DNA from: Marsupella aquatica
Lineage: Eukaryota; Plantae; Marchantiophyta
Length of the DNA: 64,000 bases
Assembly: GCA_973895155.1 (NCBI GenBank)
Contig: OZ316891.1
Coordinates: 5,055,708-5,119,707, forward strand
Direction: 5' to 3'
The notes below the pieces were generated by a model. That model saw only the letters and a program-made list of their open reading frames with translations. It was not told the origin of the DNA and made no database searches. A program made the translations under genes and the position numbers. Positions 62,629 through 64,000 of this stretch are shown here, piece by piece. The stretch's first letter is position 1; every line of letters begins with the position of its first letter.

Positions 62629-64000
62629 TGGGTCAGAGTTATGGCAAATATGTCCACAAAGAGCGGAGGTGGCACAAGGAAGGGGGGATTAGGGTCGGTG
62701 ATCATTTTTTAATTGCAGTCATATTGTTGTTGCATGCATGCATTCTTTGCATCCAGGCAAACATTGCAGGCATGCGGTTATATCTGCAAAAATATTATCC
62801 CTCTGGTCAGTGTTGTTGTTGGGAGGACAAGTATGGTCATGCAAAAGAGAGAGAAATTTATTTATATTTTATTCTTGGTTTTTTCTTTTCCTTTTTCTCT
62901 GTTAATTTAAATTTACAAATATATTCAGGTTTTTTGAAAAAATGATATAAAATTTTAAGATTTAGTTTTTGTGGGGGGTGACACAGGAGAGGTGTATTGG
63001 TGGATCTGAGGGTGCCAATGCATAAGTTTTGAGTGAGAGGCCAACAGTGGTTCACGACTATTTCTTTCTTTCTTCATTTTGTAAATAGACATCCCATCCC
63101 ACCTGTTTGGCGGGCCTTCATTGCACTGTTTGATGCATCTCACAAAACATTGCTCCCGGGAAATGCTAGTCCTATGGGTCAAAGACGGTAAAGAAATCTC
63201 ATGCCATTACAGTTCACATCAACAAAAATGAATGTTGACATCCTTCATACAGGTCGTAACGTTGACACGTTCACATCAATCGAAGAGGACCTACTACAGG
63301 GGTCTAGATGTGTGCTCTCTATTAAATGGTGGTCAACCTTATGTCACCAACTTCACAGGCCCAAGGCTGTGGTTAGGTGTATGTTGTTGCCCAAGTTTAA
63401 AGTGGTGGAAGAAACAACCGAACCCCAACAGTCATTTTTTGCCCAGAATCTCCAGATTTCAAGGCTTTTTGAAACTAACTGCCATCTGATCCTAACCATC
63501 AAACCTACCCAACCGAACTCTCAAATTCAGTTATGGCATCATTCTCTGGAGGGTAAGTTCTCGCAGGGTAATTTTTAAAAGTCTTTCCATTTTTTTCAGG
63601 GTGGCTTATGTCAACTTGTGTGAAGATGCTAAGACTATTCATCATCCTACATTATTTTTCCTGGACTAAATTTTGACTTTTAGATCTCCATAAATTTAAG
63701 GACCTGAGATTCTGGCTAAGGGGGAAAATGGTTAATCGAAGACTAAAGAATCTGCCAAATTGTTGTCACAAACCGCGAAGAATTTTAAGTGGCATATTGT
63801 TGCCTCTAGACCAAATGCTGACTGTTTGTTATGAGAAAAACTTCAAAAGGTGTGCTGGCGTGTGCGTGGGACCAAAAAAGCCATAGGAGTACCCATCATA
63901 GGAAAAATGTCTTCAAGTAAGACAATAATTCATCCACACTTCGAAGGTGGAGTTATGCTTTGGTCCGACAAGACCCAAGAACAGGGTAAATATTTGAGAT

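Noticed and set aside
63000-64000. Possible retrotransposon/transposase relic (similarly 10.8-11.2, 13.6-14.1 and 16.2-17.5 kb)
   Set aside because: CpG-depleted and TE-like, but no diagnostic motif could be read in any frame.

Overview
Eukaryotic, intron-rich land-plant nuclear DNA. Gene content and style suggest a bryophyte, probably a liverwort (inference, not verified). Five spliced protein-coding genes could be rebuilt by hand: a divergent peroxisomal serine:glyoxylate aminotransferase (AGT1-like, +), an uncharacterised Tat-targeted thylakoid-lumen protein with LEA-like 11-mer repeats (-), mitochondrial NAD-formate dehydrogenase (-, with a GC-AG intron), the H/ACA snoRNP protein GAR1 (-) and the largest RNA polymerase I subunit NRPA1 (-). 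The most interesting unannotated signal is a cluster of 3-4 structured box C/D-type RNAs inside GAR1 intron 3. Two of them are paralogs with a 13-nt antisense match to 18S rRNA helix 34. Intergenic DNA holds two solo LTRs with their own TSDs, two copies of one MITE, an 843-bp TIR element, a probable Helitron with minisatellites, several tandem arrays, and relics of TORNADO1-like and RING-H2 genes. About 50.4-56.5 kb looks genic but could not be resolved. All coordinates were read by eye and may be off by a few bases.
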